From Candidatus Tayloriibacteriota bacterium (GTDB lineage Bacteria > Patescibacteriota > Minisyncoccia > Phycocordibacterales > PALSA-1337): 53,396 nucleotides of DNA. Under the pieces are notes generated by a model. That model saw only the letters and a program-made list of their open reading frames with translations, did not search any database and had not been told where the DNA came from. The stretch covers positions 1-53,396 of the forward strand of contig CAITNV010000023.1 of the NCBI GenBank assembly GCA_903893855.1. Direction: 5' to 3'. Positions 10,400 through 19,767 of the stretch are shown piece after piece. Positions within the stretch are counted from its first letter, which is position 1; each line of letters begins with the position of its first letter. The translations under genes and the position numbers were made by a program.

Positions 10400-11278
10400 T
10401 TATAGACTACACACTTCATTTATCTCTTTATGGACCGCTTCGATTTTGGTATCGTCAAGACCGATTTTTTGGAGAATGCGTGGGTTGATTTCTTTGCAGA
10501 GAATCACGCCTTCTTTCAATAGATTTTTTTTATCGACATTAGAAAGTGAAGAAAGGCATGTAAATGGATGCAAATGTGACCGTGTAATGAGGTCATGGAG
10601 ATTTCCCTCTGCAGGATAATTCCAACCAATCATTTTAAGCCCCACACATTCCCCATATCGAATAGCTTGATCAGTGAACTTAGTATTCGTCACGAGCCAG
10701 CCTTCGCTTAGAGCACGTTTGGTCGTATCTGGTGCCGTAACGCCATATGTATACGCCTCACCTGCTTTGCGGATATCATCGAACCTCGCTTTAACATAGA
10801 GAGCTACCTTGAGATCAGACTTGAGGCCGAATTCATTGTGGAATTTTGCTTCAACCATAATGAGCTTTTCAGCATTCCATGCGACCACATCAGCTTCATG
10901 CTCAACACAATTACCATGAATGATCTGATCTGTTAGTGTCTCATAGCCCCAAGCTCGAAAAATATTCGATACAAAACGCTCGAATGGAAAACCATCAGGA
11001 CCGAGATCGGCTAGCGCTCGTCGGAGCGAATACCTCGTCGCAGCCGGAAGTGATTCCTTACGTAAAAGACCAAAAGCGTGATGATAAATGTCTGCAGTAG
11101 TCACCAATGAAACTGGTGGTTGTTCAACAGCCTCATGTCCAATCTCTCGCTTCACATGAGCGACGATCTTTGCAATTGATTCTTTACTTCCTCCTGCATT
11201 AATAAGTGATTCTGCTAATTTATTTTCATCAAACGGTTCCTGACTTCCATCAGCCTTGGTTATAAAAAGTTGGTTCAT
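10400..11278 (-). CDS. ATP-cone domain plus Mrr-like PD-(D/E)xK endonuclease
   Basis: ITKADGSQEPFDENKL ATP-cone start; GFPFERF, HEADVVA, VEAKFHN, LVTNTKFT. Confidence 0.8.
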   Translation of the reverse strand: MNQLFITKADGSQEPFDENKLAESLINAGGSKESIAKIVAHVKREIGHEAVEQPPVSLVTTADIYHHAFGLLRKESLPAATRYSLRRALADLGPDGFPFERFVSNIFRAWGYETLTDQIIHGNCVEHEADVVAWNAEKLIMVEAKFHNEFGLKSDLKVALYVKARFDDIRKAGEAYTYGVTAPDTTKRALSEGWLVTNTKFTDQAIRYGECVGLKMIGWNYPAEGNLHDLITRSHLHPFTCLSSLSNVDKKNLLKEGVILCKEINPRILQKIGLDDTKIEAVHKEINEVCSL

Positions 11279-12432
11279 TACACTATACTATCAATAACTC
11301 CCCCACCGAGGCAAACTGCGCCGTCGTATATCACCAATGATTGACCTGGAGATATCGTCATTTGTGGCTCGTTAAACGTCACGATTATTTGATTGCTTTT
11401 CTCTTGCGTAACAGTAATGTCGACAAGTTCCGCACGATATCGGGGGCGAGCATGATACGTCATACCATTTTCAGGCACCACTCCTCGAACCCAATTAACA
11501 TCTGCGAGCTTGATACGCAATGAGCCTTTTACTGGAGTATTAACACCACAATTGGCAGCTTTTGTATTCGAAACCGTGATCGTATTATCATCAATATTCT
11601 TAGCGACGACATAGTATGGCTCATCGTGCGGTGTCTTATGACGATCATCAATAATGAATCCATGTCGTTCGCCAATAGTAAATAAAGCGGAGCCGTCATG
11701 CGAGCCAATTACCGCCCCATGAGTATCTAGCACATTGCCACGCTCCTTTGGAATATAATGTGCGAGGAATTCTTTCACGTCGATTTTGCCGATGAAACAC
11801 AGTCCTTGGCTATCTTTTTTCTCTGCAGTAGGCAGACCGAATGAACGAGCTAGTTCTCGCACCTTTGGCTTCTCAATATCACCAACAGGAAAAAGCGTTC
11901 GCGATACCTGCTCTTGGGTAAGAGTCCATAGGAAATACGATTGGTCTTTATTGGTATCATCTCCAGCGACAAGATCGGTCGTAATGGTACCGTCATCAAG
12001 AGTACGCTTCACTGTACGAGCATAATGTCCGGTCGCCACAAAGTCCGCACCCTTTTTCATTGCCCAATCAAAAAAGCCACCGAACTTCACGTATTTATTA
12101 CACATCACATCAGGATTTGGCGTGCGTCCTCGACGATATTCTTCGATCATATAGTCAACCACGTGTTTCTTGTATTCACTCTCGAGATCAAGCGTGATAA
12201 ATGGAATACCGAGAAGTGCAGCCACGCGCATTGCATCAAGTCGATCGTCTCTCCATGTACACCTAAGGCCAGATATATCGCGGTCCGGTTGCCAGACTTT
12301 GATAAATACTCCAGTGACATCATAGCCAGCTTTAACTAAAAGCGCCGCAGACACTGAGCTATCAACTCCACCAGACATGCCAATAAAGACCTTTTTGCGA
12401 GGTCCTCTGGTGGCTTTGGGGCTATTTGACAT
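11278..12432 (-). CDS. mnmA: tRNA 2-thiouridine(34) synthase
   Basis: MSGGVDSSV, TPNPDVMCN, ATGHYA, KDQSYFL, KKDSQGLCF; start trimmed to 12432. Confidence 0.97.
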   Translation of the reverse strand: MSNSPKATRGPRKKVFIGMSGGVDSSVSAALLVKAGYDVTGVFIKVWQPDRDISGLRCTWRDDRLDAMRVAALLGIPFITLDLESEYKKHVVDYMIEEYRRGRTPNPDVMCNKYVKFGGFFDWAMKKGADFVATGHYARTVKRTLDDGTITTDLVAGDDTNKDQSYFLWTLTQEQVSRTLFPVGDIEKPKVRELARSFGLPTAEKKDSQGLCFIGKIDVKEFLAHYIPKERGNVLDTHGAVIGSHDGSALFTIGERHGFIIDDRHKTPHDEPYYVVAKNIDDNTITVSNTKAANCGVNTPVKGSLRIKLADVNWVRGVVPENGMTYHARPRYRAELVDITVTQEKSNQIIVTFNEPQMTISPGQSLVIYDGAVCLGGGVIDSIV

Positions 12433-13501
12433 ATTTCGCTTTATTGACCAAATGTTCCGCATAGGTTGTAGCATAATGCATATTGCCTTTTGTGTCACTA
12501 AAATAGAACCAGAATGCCGATGGAGTAGGATGCACGGTTGCAGTAAGTGCATCAAGGCCTGGATTGCCAATTGGTGTCGATGGGAGACCTTTATGAACAT
12601 ACGTATTGTATGGTGATGTTGTTGCGAGATCAGTCAAGGTAATCTCAGCACTCGTTTTACCTAAAAAATACATAAAAGGTGGATCAACTCCCAACGGAAC
12701 TCCAGAATCAAGTCGTTTCCAAAGTATTCCTGCCACCATTGCCCTGTCGATAGAGCTTGTCGCTTCTCGCTCGACAATTGATGCAAGAGTAACGATATTC
12801 GCAATCGTACGAGGGTAGATATGATTTGTCTTAGCCTGCAATCGCGATTGTGTTTGCAAAGCAGCGACATCTGGCTCGAGTGTCGAGACTTTATCATTGA
12901 ATGTATCTGTTAGTTCTGCTAACACCGCGGCTGGCGTAGTGTTGGGAATAAAAAGATAGGTATCAGGAAATAAATATCCCTCTGAAGTACTTGCAAGCGA
13001 AAGAAATTCCTTTTCATTGAAAGAAAAGACTGATTCCGAACTTGAGCTAATACTCAAACTTTTCTTCAGAATATCTCCCATATCATGAACCGTACTACCC
13101 TCAGGAAGAGTTACTTTGATAGGATTGAAACCTTGTTCATTATGAATAAGTCGTGAAGCCACACGCCAGACTGTGCTCGGACTCGTGAATAAATAATCCC
13201 CAGCGTTAACTCCAGCACCTCGTCCTGTAAGCTCGATTGCCAAACGAAAAGCCACTGATGATTTAATAATATGCCCATCTACCAATTCTTTCGCAATAGT
13301 TGAGAGCGTAGCATTCTTAGTGACATGCACTACCGTCCCCGAAGTAAATTCACTGGGACTCTGTGCATACTCGTAGGCAACACTTCCGACAATTGCAGCC
13401 ACACACAACAGTAAAACAAAGAAACGAAGTACGTATGATTTTTTACGGACCGGCACTTCACGCTCGCGCATCATAGATAGTTCATCTTGTTCTTCGGGCA
13501 T
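12422..13501 (-). CDS. mltG: endolytic transglycosylase MltG
   Basis: N-terminal TM, EGYLFPDTY, LASIVEREA, SPYNTY, GLPSTPIGNPG. Confidence 0.95.
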   Translation of the reverse strand: MPEEQDELSMMREREVPVRKKSYVLRFFVLLLCVAAIVGSVAYEYAQSPSEFTSGTVVHVTKNATLSTIAKELVDGHIIKSSVAFRLAIELTGRGAGVNAGDYLFTSPSTVWRVASRLIHNEQGFNPIKVTLPEGSTVHDMGDILKKSLSISSSSESVFSFNEKEFLSLASTSEGYLFPDTYLFIPNTTPAAVLAELTDTFNDKVSTLEPDVAALQTQSRLQAKTNHIYPRTIANIVTLASIVEREATSSIDRAMVAGILWKRLDSGVPLGVDPPFMYFLGKTSAEITLTDLATTSPYNTYVHKGLPSTPIGNPGLDALTATVHPTPSAFWFYFSDTKGNMHYATTYAEHLVNKAKYVK

Positions 13502-13527
13502 ACTATGTGAGAAAAATAATATTAAAA

Positions 13528-14817
13528 TTAAATAGGAAGATTTGCTGGAGCCTGACCCTTCTTTGAACCAACACGACCAAGTGTAGGAGTAGCAGCCACC
13601 TGACCTGGGAAGTGGAATATTGTCGCAAGCTCTTCACTATTCAAAACCATTGGATTGCCATGATACGGGTCAAAGAAGAAAGCACGGCGCTTGTAGACAT
13701 TGAGCAGTTCAGCACGCATTTTATTCTGGCGAATATTCTTAAAATCCTGCCATGGGTAACTAAACTTCGGGCTCCACTGATCGCCGCGAGGTTTAAAACC
13801 ATTCATATGCTCGGTATTAAACTGTTTAAACGAACCGAGCATTCCTGAAATATTAGTCGGCGAGAACGACTCTTTAGCACCAATATACATAAGTCGAATT
13901 CCCACATCATATGCTTGCTTCGAGAGCGATCGCTCAATAGCCTTCACGAGGTCCTGTTCACCGGAGGTTGTAATAATACGCTGACCAGAACCAGAATCAT
14001 CCACAGCCATAGCCACTTTGGTCTTTGGATCTCGATTAAGAATCTTATTAATCTCCGCAGCCGCTTCATCCTTCCATTTGTCAGTAGTCTTCCAGAAATG
14101 CCCAGCCTTCTTATGTTCAGCCTTGTGCGCACGAACAATAATCTGTATCCAAGCCTGTTGATTGACCCCAATAGCACCCAAAAATTCAAGTAATGGAGCG
14201 AGCGGATCCACCTTGAATTCTTCTTTAGGATCTTTATCAAGACCATAATCAATGTAGGTCTTTATAGGATAAAAATCGGGCTTCGTAGAAGTAAGCTCGG
14301 CACCCCAAATGACCATTTTATCTCCTTCAAAATGAACTGACTTCGCATAATCATCGACTTCATTTACCTCAATACCGGGGAATTGTGCGTACAGGCTCGT
14401 CTCGATAAAGTTTTTAAACGATGCTCGTGTCCAAATAAAGAAGTGCACTTGACCCTCAAGTGAGACCATTTCAAGTGAAAACCAAGGCCGCATCTTGCCA
14501 AGCCAGAACTTATCGTACCAACTTCCTTCTCCGCCTGTCTGATGAAGCGCGGTTAGAAAAAGCTCCATAGCAGCAGGAGATTTAAACGTCTCCTTAGGTA
14601 GACGAATACCGAGAAGTACCACCTTCTCTTTGTAAATAAATTCAGCACGGACATACTTTACCCATACCTCCCAAAAAATAATAAAAAGCGATATTGCAAC
14701 CGCAATTGGTAAGAACGTAAGAATGATACCCATTGAAGGCTGTATCGTATCCCAAAAACCTTTCAAATCAAAAGTGGAATATAATTGTTGAAATGCTTGA
14801 GTCAAGTTCATACCCAT
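13528..14817 (-). CDS. conserved CPR membrane protein of unknown function
   Basis: N-terminal TM, FSLEMVS, YAQFPGIEV, YPIKTY, LNSEELATIFHFP, APANLP. Confidence 0.6.
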   Translation of the reverse strand: MGMNLTQAFQQLYSTFDLKGFWDTIQPSMGIILTFLPIAVAISLFIIFWEVWVKYVRAEFIYKEKVVLLGIRLPKETFKSPAAMELFLTALHQTGGEGSWYDKFWLGKMRPWFSLEMVSLEGQVHFFIWTRASFKNFIETSLYAQFPGIEVNEVDDYAKSVHFEGDKMVIWGAELTSTKPDFYPIKTYIDYGLDKDPKEEFKVDPLAPLLEFLGAIGVNQQAWIQIIVRAHKAEHKKAGHFWKTTDKWKDEAAAEINKILNRDPKTKVAMAVDDSGSGQRIITTSGEQDLVKAIERSLSKQAYDVGIRLMYIGAKESFSPTNISGMLGSFKQFNTEHMNGFKPRGDQWSPKFSYPWQDFKNIRQNKMRAELLNVYKRRAFFFDPYHGNPMVLNSEELATIFHFPGQVAATPTLGRVGSKKGQAPANLPI

Positions 14818-14840
14818 ATAGTATACCCCAAAGCCAAAAC

Positions 14841-14870
14841 AGAAAAAAGAGCCTCATGGCACTTTTTTCT
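14841..14870. terminator. intrinsic terminator, likely bidirectional
   Basis: agaaaaaagagcc-tcat-ggcacttttttct imperfect inverted repeat flanked by A and T tracts. Confidence 0.6.
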
Positions 14871-14907
14871 GAAAACTATTTTACTAATTCTTTAAAACTT
14901 CTTGAAA

Positions 14908-15936
14908 CTACGCGTTACTGTATTTATTATCTTTATCTTTTTTGAAAAACTTGTGGTTCTGGAGATTGACGACAATAGTGTTTTCCTTTACATATCGTTC
15001 CTTCATAACCTTGTCGACGATCTCTTCTCGAGTAAGTGGACCGTTCTTGTCGAGGATCTTACGAATAACATCCTTAACAACTCCGCTCATATAACCCCAT
15101 TCTGCGAGAGCATATAGACCACGGCCTACGAGAACGAAACGAGGATCCTTAATAAGTTCATTATGTGTCGTTGCAACATGAGCCTTCTTCTTGAAGACCT
15201 TATTGATCTGATTAGCAACTTCTCGGAAATGGATTGGTGAACCATGCTTTCGAATAACAAGGAAAGCGTAATCACGCATACCCTTAGTCTTAATGTTAGG
15301 AGAATGTGATACACCCCATTCACCAATAGCATTCTTACCAACTCGCTTTGAAAGACCGAGCCATCGTCGAACGACTTCCTGATTCTTGTACTTCTCTGAA
15401 ACGCTTTCGAGATGAGTTAGGAATGTATTAACCATTTCTGATTCTGGAAGGAGGTCCTGATCTGAAAGACTTGCATAGAGCTTGTGAAGTGATCCTTCAA
15501 CCTGCGCTGCAAGCTCTTCATTAACATGCCATCGATGCTTGAAATCATCATCTTCTTTTCGCTTCTTAAATGTCTCACCAAGAACAAGGAGAAAGTTAAC
15601 TGCATTCTGTGTAGCTGCATCCTTTGAAACAGTATTAAGGAAATCTTCTTCAACAACGATACCTCCGAGGGAGTGGATGAGGTTTTCGAGTTCTTTAAAC
15701 GCTGCAGTCTCAGACTTGTAAGCCTCTGCTTTGCGAATATTGTTAATAGCGTAGTTTTCAATCTGACGTACTCGCTCACGAGTAATACCATACGTCTTAC
15801 CAATAGCATCAAGCGTCATCTTTGTCGTAGATTTACCAAGACCGTATCGCGACACAAGAACTGCTCGAGCACGATCTGGTAGTACTGCAAGAAGACGCTT
15901 AACTGACTGTTTTGGTTTAAATTGAATTGTTGCCAT
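14908..15936 (-). CDS. sigma70 region-4 HTH plus winged-helix (HARE-HTH/delta-like) protein
   Basis: TLDAIGKTYGITRERVRQIE at N-terminus; HNELIKDPRFVLVGRGLYALAEWG at C-terminus; start trimmed to 15936. Confidence 0.75.
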   Translation of the reverse strand: MATIQFKPKQSVKRLLAVLPDRARAVLVSRYGLGKSTTKMTLDAIGKTYGITRERVRQIENYAINNIRKAEAYKSETAAFKELENLIHSLGGIVVEEDFLNTVSKDAATQNAVNFLLVLGETFKKRKEDDDFKHRWHVNEELAAQVEGSLHKLYASLSDQDLLPESEMVNTFLTHLESVSEKYKNQEVVRRWLGLSKRVGKNAIGEWGVSHSPNIKTKGMRDYAFLVIRKHGSPIHFREVANQINKVFKKKAHVATTHNELIKDPRFVLVGRGLYALAEWGYMSGVVKDVIRKILDKNGPLTREEIVDKVMKERYVKENTIVVNLQNHKFFKKDKDNKYSNA

Positions 15937-16025
15937 TTGAATTAATTTGCTATTAATATGTGTAACTTTATATACATTACTTATATCATTTTGTTGTCTT
16001 GCCGTCAAACAACGTGTCACAAGTG

Positions 16026-18986
16026 CTAGCCGATGACGAAGTTGATAAGACGACCCTTGACATAAATGACTTTTTTGATGTTATTACTATATACTTTATC
16101 CTTAATTCCGTCAAGGTTTAGGGCCTTTTCTTTGACATATGCCTCTGCTTGAGCGTCAGTCATACCCGCGATATCCGTTGCGGGGAATTCGAAGCGAGTG
16201 CGAGTTTTACCGTTGATTTGCACAGGTATTGTGATATTTGCATCGGCAATCTTCGCAGGGTCAAAGACTGGCCAAGGCTCAGTATGAATGGACTTTTTAT
16301 TCCCCATACTTGCCCATAATTCATCAGCCACATGAGGCGCAAAAGGTGCAAGAATAGTAAGTATTATACCATAATGATCTTGCGAAATTGTAGGCATTTT
16401 CTCCATTTCATTAACGGCTATCATGAGTGCTGAGACTGCAGTGTTAAAGTGCATAGTCTCTATATCTTCAGAAACTTTCTTTATCGTGCGATGGACGAGT
16501 TTGTCGGCTTCGGCACTGGTAGTATTCCCCGCCACTTCTTGAAGCACCCCTGCTTTACTTTTTTTGGTGTCTAACGCGACCTTCTCTCGAAGCTTCCAAA
16601 CACGCTCGATGAATCTTCGAGTTCCCACGATACCATTCTCATCCCAAGCAATAGCCTGATCGAAAGGTCCCATGAACATTTCATACAAGCGAAGTGCATC
16701 TGCACCAACTGCTTCAACGATACCATCAGGGTTGACCACATTACCCTTCGACTTCGACATTTTCTCACCTCCCTTTGCAAGGATAAGGCCGTGTGAAGTG
16801 CGCTTTGCATACGGTTCATTGGTAGGCACAAGCTTTTGATCAAAGAGGAATTTATGCCAGAAGCGAGAATAGAGGAGGTGGAGCGTAGTGTGCTCCATGC
16901 CGCCATTGTACCAATCGACGGGAGTCCAGAATTTTAATTTATCTGCCGCTGCGAACTCTTTTTTATTCTTAGCATCAGTGTAACGAAGATAATACCACGA
17001 TGAACCAGCCCAATTCGGCATAGTGTCAGTCTCGCGCTTGGCTTTGCCTTTACACTTTGGACATTTAGTATTGACCCATGAGTCGATAGCAGCGAGGGGT
17101 GATTCACCTGTCTCAGTTGGTTTATAGTTCTTCACCTTCGGAAGCTTCACCGGCAAATCCTTCACCGGCACCGGTACGATACCGCACTTATCACAATGAA
17201 CAACTGGAATCGGCTCACCCCAATAACGCTGGCGAGAGAAGACCCAATCGCGAAGCTTGTAGTTCACCGCTCGTGTAGCAATGCCCTTATGTACGAGATG
17301 CTCAATAATGTCATTACGAACTTCACTCCACTCTCGGCCTTTGAATTCTTTTGGTTCAATGAGGATGCCGTTTTTTACCGCAGGCTTCGATCGTCCCACT
17401 ACCCTATCCCACACAAGCTTCATGCCTTCATGTGTAAGGAAAGCATCCACCTCAGCTGCCGTTAGCCATGACATACTTTCATGGACATTCTTCTCTTCTT
17501 CAGTAATTTCTCGACGATCGCCGTTTTTTAATTTAAATAAAGCAGGCGTAAAATGCGCAAAACGATTTTGTCCTTTCGCTACTTGGTAAAACTTAGCATG
17601 AATAGTGCCACCAAGGATCTTCTCAAAATGTGCGCTGGTATAGCCAGTCTCTTCAGCAATCTCACGAACGCCTGCAACACTCGGTTCTTCGCCCTTTTCA
17701 ATGCCACCAACGACGAAGCCTTGCCATTTCACACCCTTAAGGCTCACACAAAGATATTTATCCTCTGCCCAGTGCTTCACGATACATACCACTGCATTAC
17801 GCTCTACAATAGGCATGTCGTGACGGAAAGCATCGTCACCGCCCACAGTGACTGCGAGAGGCTCAGCGACCTCGTGGAGCGGTATAGAGTACTTCTTCGC
17901 GAATTTATAGTCTCGCTCATCATGAGCGCTACAATTGACCATACCGCTACCATAGTCGGCAAGAGCATACGATGCCACCCAGATCGGAAGATCTCGCCCA
18001 AGTCCTGCATAATTCTCTATATATCGGCCGGTAAATATGCCTTCGAGATCAGTATCGATGTCGAATTTATTCTCAAGCTTCTTTTGCTTGATCTTTGCGA
18101 CGAGCTCGAGGACGGGCTTCTCATATGAAGTTCCCTTTACGAGCTTCTCTACGAGCGGATGTTCAGGTGCGATAACGGTAAATGTCTCCGCACAATAAGT
18201 CTGAGGTACAGAATTATACATCTCAACGGTTATGCCGAGGTCTTTGATCTTACATTTAAAATTAACTCCTTCGCTTCGACCGATCCAATTGCGCTGTTGG
18301 GTCTTAATCTGCTCGAGATAGTCAACAGCGTCAAGGTCTTTGTGAAGCCGGTCTGCATACTTGGTAATAGCGAGCATCCACTGTTCTTTCTCTCGCTTCT
18401 CAACTGCGGTGCCGCAACGTTCGCATTTACCATCGATCACTTCTTCATTGGCAAGACCGATGAGGTCCTTCGGACACCAGTTAATGGTCATGCGCTTCTT
18501 ATACGCAAGGCCAGCATCGAGGAGACGAAGGAAAATCCACTGCGTCCATTTATAATACTTAGGGTCGGTAGTATTGATCTCTCGATCCCAGTCAAATGAG
18601 AAACCGAGCGACTTCAACTGTCGGCGGAAATTGTCAGTGTTGGTCTTCGTAACAATGGCCGGCTGAATTCCGGTCTTAATGGCGTAGTTCTCCGTAGGAA
18701 GACCGAAAGCATCCCAACCAATAGGATAAAGCACGTCATAACCTTCGCGACGACGCTTGTGAGATATGATGTCCATTGCAGTGTTGCTTCGAATATGGCC
18801 AACATGAAGACCGTCACCAGATGGATATGGGAATTCGATCAGGGCGTAGAATTTTTTCGCGGGCAGAGTGGCTTTCGCGGTTTTTTTCGCTGCCGTTTTC
18901 TTTGGGTCAAGCGCTTTAAAAAGCTTTTTCTTTTCCCACACCTTCTGCCATTTCTTCTCTATTTTTTTGTGATCGTATGTTTGCAT
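16026..18986 (-). CDS. leuS: leucyl-tRNA synthetase with inserted NUDIX domain
   Basis: FPYPSGDGLHVGH (HIGH), KMSKS, SRQRYWGEPIP; Nudix box GGIEKGEEPSVAGVREIAEETGY; start trimmed to 18986. Confidence 0.97.
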   Translation of the reverse strand: MQTYDHKKIEKKWQKVWEKKKLFKALDPKKTAAKKTAKATLPAKKFYALIEFPYPSGDGLHVGHIRSNTAMDIISHKRRREGYDVLYPIGWDAFGLPTENYAIKTGIQPAIVTKTNTDNFRRQLKSLGFSFDWDREINTTDPKYYKWTQWIFLRLLDAGLAYKKRMTINWCPKDLIGLANEEVIDGKCERCGTAVEKREKEQWMLAITKYADRLHKDLDAVDYLEQIKTQQRNWIGRSEGVNFKCKIKDLGITVEMYNSVPQTYCAETFTVIAPEHPLVEKLVKGTSYEKPVLELVAKIKQKKLENKFDIDTDLEGIFTGRYIENYAGLGRDLPIWVASYALADYGSGMVNCSAHDERDYKFAKKYSIPLHEVAEPLAVTVGGDDAFRHDMPIVERNAVVCIVKHWAEDKYLCVSLKGVKWQGFVVGGIEKGEEPSVAGVREIAEETGYTSAHFEKILGGTIHAKFYQVAKGQNRFAHFTPALFKLKNGDRREITEEEKNVHESMSWLTAAEVDAFLTHEGMKLVWDRVVGRSKPAVKNGILIEPKEFKGREWSEVRNDIIEHLVHKGIATRAVNYKLRDWVFSRQRYWGEPIPVVHCDKCGIVPVPVKDLPVKLPKVKNYKPTETGESPLAAIDSWVNTKCPKCKGKAKRETDTMPNWAGSSWYYLRYTDAKNKKEFAAADKLKFWTPVDWYNGGMEHTTLHLLYSRFWHKFLFDQKLVPTNEPYAKRTSHGLILAKGGEKMSKSKGNVVNPDGIVEAVGADALRLYEMFMGPFDQAIAWDENGIVGTRRFIERVWKLREKVALDTKKSKAGVLQEVAGNTTSAEADKLVHRTIKKVSEDIETMHFNTAVSALMIAVNEMEKMPTISQDHYGIILTILAPFAPHVADELWASMGNKKSIHTEPWPVFDPAKIADANITIPVQINGKTRTRFEFPATDIAGMTDAQAEAYVKEKALNLDGIKDKVYSNNIKKVIYVKGRLINFVIG

Positions 18987-19027
18987 ATATGTATATGTCC
19001 TTTGACTATATAATAAAAAAAGACCGC

Positions 19028-19177
19028 TCACAAGGGAGCGGAATTTTGACTTTTGACGGGTTCATTGTGTGCCACAGGAAATGCTTCGTAAAAAGCCTTT
19101 CCGGTTCCATAAAGCGCCAACACAACAATTATTAGAATGGCAAACCAAGACGTTAAAAACGTGACGATTATTCTCAT
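19028..19177 (-). CDS. small membrane protein (49 aa), not in ORF track
   Basis: MRIIVTFLTSWFAILIIVVLALYGTGKAFYEAFPVAHNEPVKSQNSAPL; own hairpin leader; terminator ccgctc/gagcgg overlaps the stop. Confidence 0.6.
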   Translation of the reverse strand: MRIIVTFLTSWFAILIIVVLALYGTGKAFYEAFPVAHNEPVKSQNSAPL

Positions 19178-19273
19178 TTTTTTACAAAGTTGACTGCAAT
19201 TTCTGAGAACGACTCTAAAGCAACTTTGTTTACAATACCATGTTTATAAAGAATTAGCTAGGATTTTATTTCA

Positions 19274-19669
19274 TTAAAATACCGCCGCAAGCGCCTTTTT
19301 CAAAACCGGAACAATCCCCTTTTGATTAAAACCAAGCTCCAGTGCCTCAACTTCCTCAATACTCATCCATTTCATGGCCAAGCCTTCATGAAGAATCGGC
19401 TCTTGGTTTGGATTTATTCTGCAGACATAGACTTTATTGGCCCTGCCATTGTCGTAATCCATGAGGAAACTGCACTGGTCGAGCGTAAGATCAATACTGT
19501 ATTCTTCTGTAACTTCACGAATAAGGGTATCGGTATAGTCCTCACCATCGTCGCTTCCTCCACCCGGTATGCACCAACTAAAAGGGTAAGTTTTACTATG
19601 AGCATCACGCTGCTGCATTAGGACTTTATTATCACGCACGAGAGCAAATATGACGCCGATTTTTGACAT
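19274..19669 (-). CDS. NUDIX hydrolase (MutT-like)
   Basis: WCIPGGGSDDGEDYTDTLIREVTEEY; leaderless-type start (TGcTATACT, 6 nt, ATG). Confidence 0.88.
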   Translation of the reverse strand: MSKIGVIFALVRDNKVLMQQRDAHSKTYPFSWCIPGGGSDDGEDYTDTLIREVTEEYSIDLTLDQCSFLMDYDNGRANKVYVCRINPNQEPILHEGLAMKWMSIEEVEALELGFNQKGIVPVLKKALAAVF

Positions 19670-19767
19670 GTGATTAGTATAGCAAATATGCTGTAAATTA
19701 TTAAAATAAAAAAAAGCACACATATCATTGACTTGACAATTTTATATATCATGCTAAGGTACAAATA

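Noticed and set aside
12433-12600. N-terminal extension of MnmA in the ORF track
   Set aside because: It overlaps mltG coding sequence; homology starts after ATG 12432
18987-19260. T-box or attenuator upstream of leuS
   Set aside because: No T-box consensus (AAnnnGGGTGGnACC); the hairpin is better explained as the terminator of the 49-aa ORF
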